DNA of 64,000 bases from Octopus sinensis (lineage: Eukaryota). The position numbers and the translations under genes were made by a program. Every line of letters starts with the position of its first letter. The first letter of the stretch is position 1. The notes beneath the pieces are model-generated. The model saw only the letters and a program-made list of their open reading frames with translations. It was not told where the DNA came from and made no database searches. The stretch lies in assembly GCF_006345805.1 (NCBI RefSeq), contig NC_043001.1, positions 29,388,001 through 29,452,000 of the forward strand, given 5' to 3'. Below are positions 59,401-64,000 of the stretch, one piece after another.

Positions 59401-62216
59401 TGTAGGTAAAATAATGTAGTTTTTAAATGAGTTCTACGAAATAAATCAAATAGACTTATAGGACAGTAAAACATGACAAATTAATCACATACACACACAT
59501 ACACCTACAAAACATATTTAAGGTTTAGATAGATCTTGATCTGAATCTGTACTTACATCAAATGTTCTATTTGTAGATGGTAACACTTCTCGTACAAATA
59601 TCTCTCCTGTACTTGGTTTTATGTAGAAATACTTCTGACAATCACTGGTTTGTATGATAGAATAAGTTAGCACATCCTGGAAGGTAAGAAAATTAAAATA
59701 TCAAGAAATGAAAGAGTAAAATATGCTTACCAAATGATTTACTCAAAATATAGTCTAAACAAGTAAAAGTTGAGAAACAAAATAATTTAGGTAAATAATG
59801 ACAATGGGTTCATGATTAATATGATAGTATGAATGTGTTTTAAGAAACCAGTCATGTACAATAAGGATAAAACATTATTGACACATGACTACATTAACTT
59901 CAGAAAACTTTTGGCTTATTCAGAGAGGGACAGACAGCATCCAAATCTCTGTACAGAGTCTTAAAGGCTGATGGGAGAAGGAGAAAAAAACTAACTTTTA
60001 GATTATCTTCAGATAGAAACCAGGTCTTCTACTAGGGGTACCTGAAGGCCAAGTAATGGTGTTAGACCTGGTAAGGGATAGTCTACCATACAAGAATAGG
60101 TGAAATCCAATTTCACTTACAAGACTTAGATCTCAATCCAGGGCTATGGTAGAACTACTACATAAAAATATCATCAACATCATTGTTTTAATATCCACTT
60201 TATCAAGACAAATTTTCTATGGTTGTGTAGTGTATCTTGCATGCATGGATTGGATTCGATCCACCACAAATTCAAATTAATACTGCAACAGAACTTTTCC
60301 CACGATGGAACAATGGTTTTTCTCTGACAGCAGTTTTACATTTTCCAGATGCCTTTAGCTAGGCCGAAATAATGTCTTCACTACTTGACCCTTTCTAACC
60401 TCTTCTACTTCACCAAAAGCTAGAATAGATAACAAGACCACCAACTAAATCTATTGTTCTCAATGATATATCTATCATTCTGGATAGTTATATAAACCAG
60501 CACATCCCAAGCAAAAATCAGTTTTAGTCGCCAGCCGGTGACGACAACTCAACCAAGTCAGTCACATCATGACGACCCAGTGAGGTCTGGCTGACCAACC
60601 TTGGTCAGAGGGAAAAATGAAGTTTACTGTCAGACAACACCCAACACTTCTCTCTAGCTCTAATTCTGTTCTCTTACAACATCATTCTATCTCTCTCAGC
60701 AATTAGTACTACTAAACAATGAAGAGGACACAAACACAAACATTCTACCGTATTTAACTTTTGCATGCTTTTGGATTTATCAACCTGCCCATCGAGGCTA
60801 GGTATTGTAACGTAATGGTAAATAAATACTTTCTTAAAACTTTATACACTTTGTTCTTTCACATCCTACAGTGTGCAATTATAACATTGTTTACCAATCA
60901 ATCTAAAATCGTTACAGTTGCATGTTTTTCCCCTAACTAACCTTTACCTGTTTCTAAGCAAGGTAATATTTTTACATGGCCCAACATGTTTTTGCAGAAT
61001 ATTAGAAAGGAATGACATTCATTTACAACAAACATGCAATATTAACACGGATGTACACTTATGCATACATGCATATATATGAGGAGACGCCTAAAATTTC
61101 CTGGCTTTGGATGAAAGAAAATACAGGAGGATCAGCTAATCCTGATTTTATTCAACAAATTCCCCTCTCAGATACACACACTCATTGAAATGGTCCTTCA
61201 GTTATTCTATGCCCTGTTGTTGTTGTTAAGCAACAAGACGGGTAAGGGTGATTAGGTGATGGTCTAGGACTTAGGGGCAGTAGACCCCAGACCTTTTGAG
61301 CGAAATGGGCTACTCGACCAGAAGAAAATTCTAACTGGGCCCCACTTGCAAGGTCATGCACTGTTTATCTTGATATGAGATCACCATGTCGCACACATAT
61401 GGTTGTGATGCATGTGCCTGGTGTACACTTATCAGACGGGTAGTCCTGATGGGTATACTGGGCTCCATATATTTTACTCCAGTGTCACTTTGATGGCATG
61501 CACTGCTCTCTCACTCAATAATAATAATAATAATAATAATAAAAATAACAACAACAACAATAATGAAATTATTATGTATAGTGCTCAGATGCACTCTTAT
61601 TTCTGGCAAAGTGGTTGATTCAGTAATTTATTTTCATACCACAGTGAAAACAATGAACTAAAACCCACATCATACAACCTATTGCATAGAAATAAAATGG
61701 ATTTGGAACTAAATCTCTTATTTAATGCACTAGCTGATAACCATTATACAGACCTTTAAACTAAGGAGCTTGTTTTGTTTTATATAAGCGGAAATTATGG
61801 AAAATTAGAAAAATAAAAATGACTTGCCACAACAAAACTTTCGTTAACTACCTCTCTCGTAATCACACATACATTCATGCATGCATGCATACTCCATCTC
61901 TCTCTCTCTTTCTGTCACACACACACATACAGACATGCACACATACATACACATACACACACATATGCACTATCTCTCTCTCTCTCTCTCTCTTAACCCT
62001 CCTCTCTATACATTAGAAAATGAAATTACTTACATTGTCATTATCAACTGCTTGAATCTTTCCAACTATTGTTCCTAGTTTTGAAAGAGAATTGGTCTGG
62101 AATCTATAAGATGGTAACTGAAAGCTTGGAGAATTAACATTCCTACTCATCTTGATGTAGATCTTTGTGGTGTCTTTGTTTGAAGGATATTGTGGATTAT
62201 AAGCTTCAACAATCAA
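3667..62216 (-). CDS. Partial multi-exon gene for an atypical large cadherin-repeat protein (30 exons, about 14 EC repeats; start and stop outside the window)
   Basis: 30 GT-AG bounded exons found by manual reverse-complement translation join into one cadherin-repeat frame (PxF, YxI, FxIxxxxG, AxDxG, DxD motifs), apart from one 1-nt deficit in the exon at 55720-55907. Exon lengths sum to 4580 nt. Confidence 0.93.
4609..4746 (-). CDS. Cadherin exon 29 (138 nt, phase 1-1)
   Basis: ttgcag|GG...TTA G|gtatgt; [45 protein letters not shown](A). Confidence 0.87.
6030..6210 (-). mobile_element. Short retroelement fragment with a hammerhead-like motif (possibly Penelope-like derived)
   Basis: Minus strand 6117-6152 reads CTTT-CTGTGTA-A-GAGC-ATAG-GCTC-GAAAC-GTT-AAAA. 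Confidence 0.45.
6234..6343 (-). CDS. Cadherin exon 28 (110 nt, phase 2-1)
   Basis: ttttag|T GTA...GAA G|gtaaag; [36 protein letters not shown](G); phase matches exon 27. Confidence 0.87.
6965..7347 (+). mobile_element. GAT-tailed SINE-like retroposon (family B), 5' part replaced by a 17-bp minisatellite
   Basis: 3' end ccaacccatgctagcatgg...gacgttaaacgatga shared with many copies; unit ttgccagcctcgccccg about 11 times at 6973-7156. Confidence 0.85.
7725..8055 (+). mobile_element. tRNA-derived SINE (family D)
   Basis: Head catggttcagtggttagag...gagtttgattcc (A/B-box-like), body matches 21330 and 50452. Confidence 0.8.
8270..8797 (+). mobile_element. GAT-tailed SINE-like retroposon (family B), long copy
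   Basis: Internal ccggtggcacgtaaaa-type repeats, family 3' end and (gat)n tail. Confidence 0.85.
9082..9203 (-). CDS. Cadherin exon 27 (122 nt, phase 0-2)
   Basis: tttcag|TTC...TAT TT|gtaagt; [40 protein letters not shown](F). Confidence 0.87.
10010..10400 (-). mobile_element. 3' fragment of an RLE-type non-LTR retrotransposon (R4/Dong-like)
   Basis: Open frame [56 protein letters not shown]...[19 protein letters not shown]; flanked by (ATT)n. Confidence 0.75.
10445..10688 (-). mobile_element. 3' fragment of a second R4/Dong-like family
   Basis: [43 protein letters not shown]; bounded on both sides by (ATT)n. Confidence 0.7.
10750..11292 (+). mobile_element. About 540-bp non-coding element associated with (TAA)n tracts
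   Basis: Same sequence reversed at 34700-35185 and partial at 9695-9790 and 61290-61520, each adjoining (TAA/ATT)n. Confidence 0.75.
11297..11423. repeat. Compound (ATT)n-(AGT)n microsatellite
   Basis: Seen directly. Confidence 0.95.
11946..12077 (-). CDS. Cadherin exon 26 (type B, 132 nt)
   Basis: tttcag|AAT...AAT|gtaagt; [44 protein letters not shown]. Confidence 0.88.
12440..12783 (+). mobile_element. GAT-tailed SINE-like retroposon (family B)
   Basis: Family 3' end and (gat)n tail. Confidence 0.85.
13309..13694 (+). mobile_element. Full-length tRNA-derived SINE (family A)
   Basis: Head ggagtggctgtgtggtaag...ggttccgcgttcagtccc, CORE-like ccttgggcaagtgtc, tail gtaaaagagtaaagag; ends about 25 nt from the exon 25 donor. 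Confidence 0.85.
13720..13911 (-). CDS. Cadherin exon 25 (type A, 192 nt)
   Basis: ttccag|TTA...AAT|gtaagt; [64 protein letters not shown]. Confidence 0.88.
14297..14413 (-). CDS. Cadherin exon 24 (type B, 117 nt)
   Basis: ctacag|GCA...AAC|gtaagt; [39 protein letters not shown]. Confidence 0.88.
16342..16559 (+). mobile_element. piggyBac-like MITE (family 1)
   Basis: TTAA|CCCTTTCGTTAC...GTAATGAAAGGG; right TTAA degenerate. Confidence 0.75.
16722..16952 (+). mobile_element. GAT-tailed SINE-like retroposon (family B), 5'-truncated
   Basis: Family 3' end and tail; about 60 nt from the exon 23 donor. Confidence 0.82.
17012..17206 (-). CDS. Cadherin exon 23 (type A, 195 nt)
   Basis: ttctag|TTC...TCG|gtaaat; [65 protein letters not shown]. 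Confidence 0.9.
18339..18741 (+). mobile_element. Full-length tRNA-derived SINE (family A)
   Basis: Near-identical to 13309-13694. Confidence 0.87.
18826..18939 (-). CDS. Cadherin exon 22 (type B, 114 nt)
   Basis: tttaag|GAT...GAG|gtaagt; [38 protein letters not shown]. Confidence 0.88.
19070..19381 (+). mobile_element. GAT-tailed SINE-like retroposon (family B)
   Basis: Family 3' end and (gat)n tail. Confidence 0.85.
19782..20001 (+). mobile_element. piggyBac-like MITE (family 1), 220 bp
   Basis: TTAA|CCCTTTCATTA...TAACGAAAGGG|TTAA. Confidence 0.82.
20556..20738 (-). CDS. Cadherin exon 21 (type A, 183 nt)
   Basis: tgacag|CTT...GGG|gtaagc; [61 protein letters not shown]. Confidence 0.92.
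21109..21252 (-). CDS. Cadherin exon 20 (type B, 144 nt)
   Basis: cttcag|GGT...ATA|gtaagt; [48 protein letters not shown]. Confidence 0.92.
21330..21655 (+). mobile_element. tRNA-derived SINE (family D)
   Basis: Matches 7725 and 50452. Confidence 0.8.
22013..22231 (+). mobile_element. piggyBac-like MITE (family 2) inserted in a reverse-oriented family B SINE (about 21860-22440)
   Basis: TTAA|CTCTTTAGTG...TACTAAAGGG|TTAA. Confidence 0.72.
23440..23790 (+). mobile_element. tRNA-derived SINE (family A), 5'-degenerate
   Basis: Matches 18339-18741. Confidence 0.82.
24092..24274 (-). CDS. Cadherin exon 19 (type A, 183 nt)
   Basis: aaacag|ATT...ACT|gtaagc; [61 protein letters not shown]. Confidence 0.9.
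25021..26304 (-). mobile_element. Full-length (1284 bp) decayed mariner element
   Basis: TA flanks; TIRs TCAGGCTGAGTAAAAAGTAAGC and TCAAGTTGAGTAAAAAGTAATC; broken transposase with [17 protein letters not shown] and KWVPHDL...[11 protein letters not shown]. Confidence 0.85.
26323..26433 (-). CDS. Cadherin exon 18 (type B, 111 nt)
   Basis: ttacag|GGA...CAA|gtaagt; [37 protein letters not shown]. Confidence 0.88.
27125..27355 (-). mobile_element. tRNA-derived SINE (family C)
   Basis: Reverse of gagctggcagaaacgttag...gagttcaaattccgcc...gtcgatgtaattgac; same family as 43025 and 47415. Confidence 0.85.
27620..27880 (+). mobile_element. GAT-tailed SINE-like retroposon (family B)
   Basis: Family 3' end; about 60 nt from the exon 17 donor. 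Confidence 0.82.
27944..28129 (-). CDS. Cadherin exon 17 (type A, 186 nt)
   Basis: ttttag|ATC...GCG|gtgagt; [62 protein letters not shown]. Confidence 0.9.
28356..28864 (+). mobile_element. piggyBac-like MITE (family 2) with a nested minus-strand CR1/L2-type LINE 3' fragment (about 28560-28830)
   Basis: CCCTTTAGCATT...CACCAAAGGG|TTAA; nested [34 protein letters not shown]. Confidence 0.75.
29193..29324 (-). CDS. Cadherin exon 16 (type B, 132 nt)
   Basis: ctctag|GGT...ACG|gtaatt; [44 protein letters not shown]. Confidence 0.9.
29403..29667 (-). mobile_element. Internally rearranged tRNA-derived SINE with about 42-bp flanking direct repeats
   Basis: Head ggaggcacgtggcttagtggttaggg; flanks catactcatgcattata...caccctcatca at 29361-29402 and 29668-29709. 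Confidence 0.7.
30038..30220 (-). CDS. Cadherin exon 15 (type A, 183 nt)
   Basis: catcag|CTT...ACA|gtaagt; [61 protein letters not shown]. Confidence 0.92.
30385..30640 (+). mobile_element. Short retroelement with a hammerhead-like motif and a 3x about 20-bp internal repeat (possibly Penelope-like derived)
   Basis: gtgatctcttgagcacca three times at 30390-30448; GTTT-CCGACGA-A-GAGC-TCC-GCTC-AAAAC-GTT-AAAC at 30505-30539. Confidence 0.5.
31021..31146 (-). CDS. Cadherin exon 14 (type B, 126 nt)
   Basis: ctctag|GAT...ACA|gtaagt; [42 protein letters not shown]. Confidence 0.9.
32390..32716 (+). mobile_element. GAT-tailed SINE-like retroposon (family B); a more decayed copy follows at about 32820-33010
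   Basis: Family 3' end and tail. Confidence 0.82.
33198..33358. repeat. Perfect 63-bp inverted repeat with a 35-nt spacer
   Basis: 33198-33260 is the exact reverse complement of 33296-33358. Confidence 0.92.
33502..33690 (-). CDS. Cadherin exon 13 (type A, 189 nt)
   Basis: tttcag|CTT...ACG|gtaact; [63 protein letters not shown]. Confidence 0.9.
34225..34455 (+). mobile_element. RT fragment of an R4/Dong-like non-LTR element
   Basis: [21 protein letters not shown]...[18 protein letters not shown]. Confidence 0.65.
34700..35185 (-). mobile_element. (TAA)n-associated non-coding element, reverse copy of 10750-11292
   Basis: Flanked on both sides by (AAT)n. Confidence 0.8.
35362..35490 (-). 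CDS. Cadherin exon 12 (type B, 129 nt)
   Basis: ttacag|GGC...GTG|gtaagt; [43 protein letters not shown]. Confidence 0.9.
35625..36260 (-). mobile_element. Decayed mariner transposase relic
   Basis: C-terminus [48 protein letters not shown]. Confidence 0.7.
36470..36938. repeat. Long compound (TA)n/(CA)n microsatellite
   Basis: Seen directly. Confidence 0.95.
36939..37290. mobile_element. Mariner-derived MITE
   Basis: Degenerate TIRs agaggattgtctgaaaagttcattggctgac and gtcagcctgtgaacttttcagttcacccttg. Confidence 0.65.
37677..37859 (-). CDS. Cadherin exon 11 (type A, 183 nt)
   Basis: tgccag|TTT...CTA|gtaaga; [61 protein letters not shown]. Confidence 0.9.
38222..39543 (-). mobile_element. 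About 1.3-kb decayed Tc1/mariner-superfamily element
   Basis: TA flanks; degenerate TIRs (ggtgcagagaggacggac and gtccatcctctctgctccaccctg); transposase C-terminus [28 protein letters not shown]...ENGHH. Confidence 0.78.
39741..39863 (-). CDS. Cadherin exon 10 (type B, 123 nt)
   Basis: atatag|GAT...AAT|gtaagt; [41 protein letters not shown]. Confidence 0.88.
40023..40465 (-). mobile_element. tRNA-derived SINE (family A) with an expanded internal TA tract
   Basis: Reverse complement of 18339-18741. Confidence 0.82.
41112..41332 (+). mobile_element. piggyBac-like MITE (family 1), 221 bp
   Basis: TTAA|CCCTTTCGTTAC...GTAACAAAAGGG|TTAA; about 35 nt from the exon 9 donor. Confidence 0.85.
41372..41554 (-). 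CDS. Cadherin exon 9 (type A, 183 nt)
   Basis: tttcag|ATT...AAC|gtaagc; [61 protein letters not shown]. Confidence 0.9.
42462..42895. mobile_element. hAT-like MITE
   Basis: Termini CAGGGATTCTCAACCT and AGGTTAAGAACCACTA resemble hAT/Charlie TIRs; 8-bp TSD only partly preserved. Confidence 0.55.
43025..43265 (+). mobile_element. Full-length tRNA-derived SINE (family C)
   Basis: gcgagctggcagaaatgttag...gagttcaaattctgcc...aataaagaaataag. Confidence 0.85.
43930..44372 (+). mobile_element. RTE-clade LINE 3' fragment
   Basis: [13 protein letters not shown]...[19 protein letters not shown]...WKWIG...GYRKKGRPK. Confidence 0.85.
44567..44698 (-). CDS. Cadherin exon 8 (type B, 132 nt)
   Basis: tttcag|GGT...AGA|gtaagt; [44 protein letters not shown]. 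Confidence 0.9.
44915..45065. repeat. 57-bp fold-back (1 mismatch) with a 37-nt loop
   Basis: 44915-44971 versus the reverse complement of 45009-45065. Confidence 0.92.
45070..45450 (-). mobile_element. Helitron/DINE-like non-autonomous element (5' part)
   Basis: Minus strand starts ...tatataaaatccattcttgtctgtctgtgtgtg...ccgattgcactcaaatttg; no CTAG 3' end recognised. Confidence 0.5.
46185..46563. mobile_element. Two family B SINE copies fused head-to-head (tails outward)
   Basis: (cat)n plus reversed 3' end on the left; forward 3' end plus (gat)n on the right. Confidence 0.85.
46908..47090 (-). CDS. Cadherin exon 7 (type A, 183 nt)
   Basis: tcttag|ATC...GTG|gtaagt; [61 protein letters not shown]. 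Confidence 0.9.
47415..47645 (-). mobile_element. Full-length tRNA-derived SINE (family C)
   Basis: Reverse complement of the 43025 type. Confidence 0.85.
47650..47900 (-). mobile_element. Decayed RLE-domain fragment of an R4/Dong-like element
   Basis: [12 protein letters not shown]...(fs)[29 protein letters not shown]. Confidence 0.55.
48438..48566 (-). CDS. Cadherin exon 6 (type B, 129 nt)
   Basis: ttccag|AAT...GTA|gtaagt; [43 protein letters not shown]. Confidence 0.85.
49790..49965 (+). mobile_element. CR1/L2-type LINE 3' fragment
   Basis: [34 protein letters not shown]. Confidence 0.7.
50097..50279 (-). CDS. Cadherin exon 5 (type A, 183 nt)
   Basis: ttttag|TTA...AAT|gtaagt; [61 protein letters not shown]. 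Confidence 0.9.
50452..50785 (+). mobile_element. Full-length tRNA-derived SINE (family D)
   Basis: Head gaaggcgcatggctcagtggtta...gagtttgaatcc. Confidence 0.85.
51055..51442 (-). mobile_element. Young full-length tRNA-derived SINE with a 12-bp TSD, nested in a piggyBac-like MITE
   Basis: Head GTGGAGGCGCAATGGCCCAGTGG...GTTTCAATTCC; TSD tttcagaataat at 51043-51054 and 51443-51454. Confidence 0.88.
52189..52579 (+). mobile_element. Non-autonomous Helitron (391 bp)
   Basis: A|TC 5' end (tctatatatatataaagctg), subterminal cccaagcaacgccgg, CTAG|T 3' end; no TSD. Confidence 0.78.
52884..53012 (-). CDS. Cadherin exon 4 (type B, 129 nt)
   Basis: tttcag|GAT...ACA|gtgagt; [43 protein letters not shown]. 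Confidence 0.9.
53123..53341. mobile_element. Mariner-derived MITE (partial reverse copy at about 61080-61215)
   Basis: TIRs acgagagggtgttaaaaagttcccagcttt and aaaggcaggaacttttcagcacccacctt. Confidence 0.65.
53939..54154 (-). mobile_element. piggyBac-like MITE (family 1), reverse orientation
   Basis: TTAA|CCCTTTCGTTAC...GTAATGAAAGGG|TTAA. Confidence 0.85.
54547..54821. repeat. Long hairpin element (about 133-bp arms, 10-nt loop), MITE-like
   Basis: 54547-54679 is the near-perfect reverse complement of 54690-54821. Confidence 0.9.
55720..55907 (-). CDS. Cadherin exon 3 (type A, 188 nt, 1-nt frameshift near 55767)
   Basis: ttgcag|TGT...ACT|gtaagt; [47 protein letters not shown], then in the shifted frame [16 protein letters not shown]. 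Confidence 0.85.
57240..59205 (+). mobile_element. 5'-truncated, decayed RTE-clade LINE
   Basis: RT motifs [60 protein letters not shown], with stops and frameshifts. Confidence 0.9.
57419..57681 (+). repeat. 24-bp minisatellite, 11 copies, inside the LINE RT region
   Basis: Unit gtgtagtgcctgtatagtgccact; one copy lacks 1 nt. Confidence 0.93.
59557..59676 (-). CDS. Cadherin exon 2 (type B, 120 nt)
   Basis: ttccag|GAT...GAT|gtaagt; [40 protein letters not shown]. Confidence 0.9.
61290..61520 (-). mobile_element. Partial copy of the (TAA)n-associated element
   Basis: Matches 34960-35185; followed by (AAT)n. Confidence 0.75.
62034..62216 (-). CDS. Cadherin exon 1 of 30 in window (type A, 183 nt, phase 0-0)
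   Basis: ttttag|TTG...AAT|gtaagt; [61 protein letters not shown]. Confidence 0.9.
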
Positions 62217-62749
62217 CTAAAAGAGAAAAGTGACATATATGAAAAGATTACATACAACAGATAAACCAAAGAACTGAGACCTTCAGTTATTTTGATATCA
62301 CTTGAAGTAATAAATGATTATGAAAATTATATGTAAAATTAATACTTCAGTGGACCACAGAAATCGATCCTGAAATGATTTAAGTTTAACTAGCGGTTTG
62401 GTTGTTGCCCTCATGATCACAAGACAGGGTGGTGGATTGTGTTTTTGAGTAAAGCACTTCATTTAGCGTTGTGTTCCAGTCCACCCAGCTGAAAATGAGT
62501 AACCCCACGATGGACTCGCATCCCATTTGGAGGGAGTGTTGTGATCTCACACATTTATATGTCACGGAAACTGGTTACCAGCTTTATGAATACTAGAATT
62601 CAAGACAGTAACATTCAGAGGTTATCAATGATGAATATAGCATTAAAGAGGTCAATATATTCCTGCAGAAGTTGCAATTCTAACATGCACTAACTTTATC
62701 TAGAATAAGCCTAGCACCAATATCTCAAATATTGGTAAGTTGAAGCAAT

Positions 62750-62822
62750 CCTCCTCCTCCTCCTCCTCCTCATCATCATCATCATCATCAGCATCATCAG
62801 CAGCAGCAGCAGCAGCAGCAGC
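62750..62822. repeat. Compound (CCT)n-(CAT)n-(CAG)n microsatellite
   Basis: Seen directly; intronic relative to the cadherin gene. Confidence 0.9.
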
Positions 62823-62951
62823 GTTGTCATTTAATATTTGTTGTTCATGCTGGTATGGGTTGGACAATGTAAAATTGAATTTTCTTTTCCCCTATAGCCA
62901 CATAAATTCTTAGAAAGCATGTCATTTGTTCACTTGGTTACTTCACTTATA

Positions 62952-63511
62952 TTGGGTTGTCCGGAAAGTTCATGCCGATTTTTAAAGGAAAGAAAAAGGT
63001 CAATAAATACTTCCCATTACATTTTTAATCAACCAAATATGAACCATGCACAATGCATCTTCATCTTTCCTTTAACTTGAAAATACCCTCTTCCCAGAAT
63101 TTAGGTGGTTTCATGGCAAAGAATTCATCAAGATATCTTTTTACGTCATCCAAGGAATTGAAATTTTTACCATTAAGACTATTCTGCAGAGACCCGAATA
63201 AGTGGAAATCCGAAGGAGTAATATCTGGTGAATATGGAGGGTGGAGTAACACATCCCAGCCGAGCTGCAGCAATTTTTGTCTGGTTCCCAAAGCATCAAG
63301 TGCCGAAAATGAACTTTCTTATCTTCCATTTTAAAGGGTTACAGAATTAACACAGCTAATAGGAACATAAACCTTCTTCCACGAAAAGATAGCTTAAACT
63401 GTGCTCTAAATGGAGATGTAGTCAAATCCTATTTTATGGACTCAACCATGTTCTAAAATAAGTCAAAAGGTAAGCTACTATAAATCGGCACAAACTTTCC
63501 GGACAACACAA
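62952..63511 (-). mobile_element. Internally deleted mariner element (560 bp)
   Basis: TA flanks; about 30-bp TIRs ttgggttgtccggaaagttcatgccgattt and aaatcggcacaaactttccggacaacacaa; N-terminus MEDKKVHFRH joined to C-terminus HPPYSPDITPSDFHLFGSLQNSL. Confidence 0.88.
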
Positions 63512-64000
63512 TACTTAAAACATTTTAAGAGAATATTCATAATAGATTTTTATAGTTCCATTTTACCGTTTTCTTCTAGTAAAGATATGACCAAAGAAGA
63601 AAGCATGATTTTACTTGAAGAACATTAAGAGCAGATGTTTTACAAATATAAAAATTCAGATATCTAATTGAAATAACACATTTACAGTAAATTAACAGTT
63701 TGATGAATAGCTTCTAAGTACTTTACATTACAAAGCAGAATGTACAATTTCTTGTAATTCAGACATCACATGGTCCCAGCAGACAAAACGGAAAAGATGT
63801 TGCCCTGGAGGATGCAATGGAGATGCACTGGAACAACTGCTCTGATTCATGAGGCTTGCACTTGCGGATAGCCATCTCCACCCTGATAATCACGAGCAGG
63901 GATATAGTTGCCTTGAATCTTATAAGTTATTGCTTTTAACTTTGGCTCAGCTTTGATCAAGCTGACCTATGTTCAAGAGTATTTTTGATCTGACCATCTT

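Noticed and set aside
3667-62216. Member of the expanded octopus clustered protocadherins
   Set aside because: Those have six EC repeats largely on one large exon and canonical Ca2+ motifs. This gene has about 14 or more repeats, split two exons per repeat, with degenerate motifs.
3667-62216. Gene symbol FAT, DCHS, CELSR or CDH23
   Set aside because: No EGF, LamG, TM or cytoplasmic region is in the window and the motifs are atypical. Orthology cannot be assigned without a search.
62750-62822. Coding polyQ/polyH tract
   Set aside because: It lies in an intron, abuts a decayed SINE tail, and has no splice signals or ORF context.
62217-64000. A further upstream B-type exon
   Set aside because: No stop-free, splice-bounded segment with YxI/FxI/G motifs was found; it presumably lies beyond the window.

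Overview
AT-rich eukaryotic (animal) genomic DNA. The SINE and microsatellite landscape is most consistent with an octopod cephalopod (inference; no search run). The window lies inside one large minus-strand gene encoding an atypical multi-cadherin-repeat protein. I traced 30 GT-AG exons by hand from 62216 down to 3667 (4580 nt, about 1527 codons, about 14 cadherin repeats); no start or stop codon is in the window. The first 26 exons alternate strictly between a long type A (183-195 nt) and a short type B (111-144 nt), all phase 0-0. The last four switch to phases 0-2, 2-1, 1-1 and 1-0. Main protein-level observation: canonical LDRE/DxNDN calcium motifs are largely lost, and the two remaining site-3 motifs (DxD and AxDxG), although encoded on different exons, are kept or lost together repeat by repeat, alternating strictly over the first seven repeats. 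One exon (55720-55907) is 1 nt short, which is either an assembly error or a null allele. Introns are packed with tRNA-SINEs, RTE, CR1 and R4/Dong-like LINE relics, Tc1/mariner, piggyBac-like, hAT-like and Helitron-like elements, several near-perfect fold-backs, two degenerate hammerhead-like motifs, a local templated duplication that copies a splice donor, and transposon-born minisatellites. Repeat boundaries are approximate unless a TIR or TSD is quoted.
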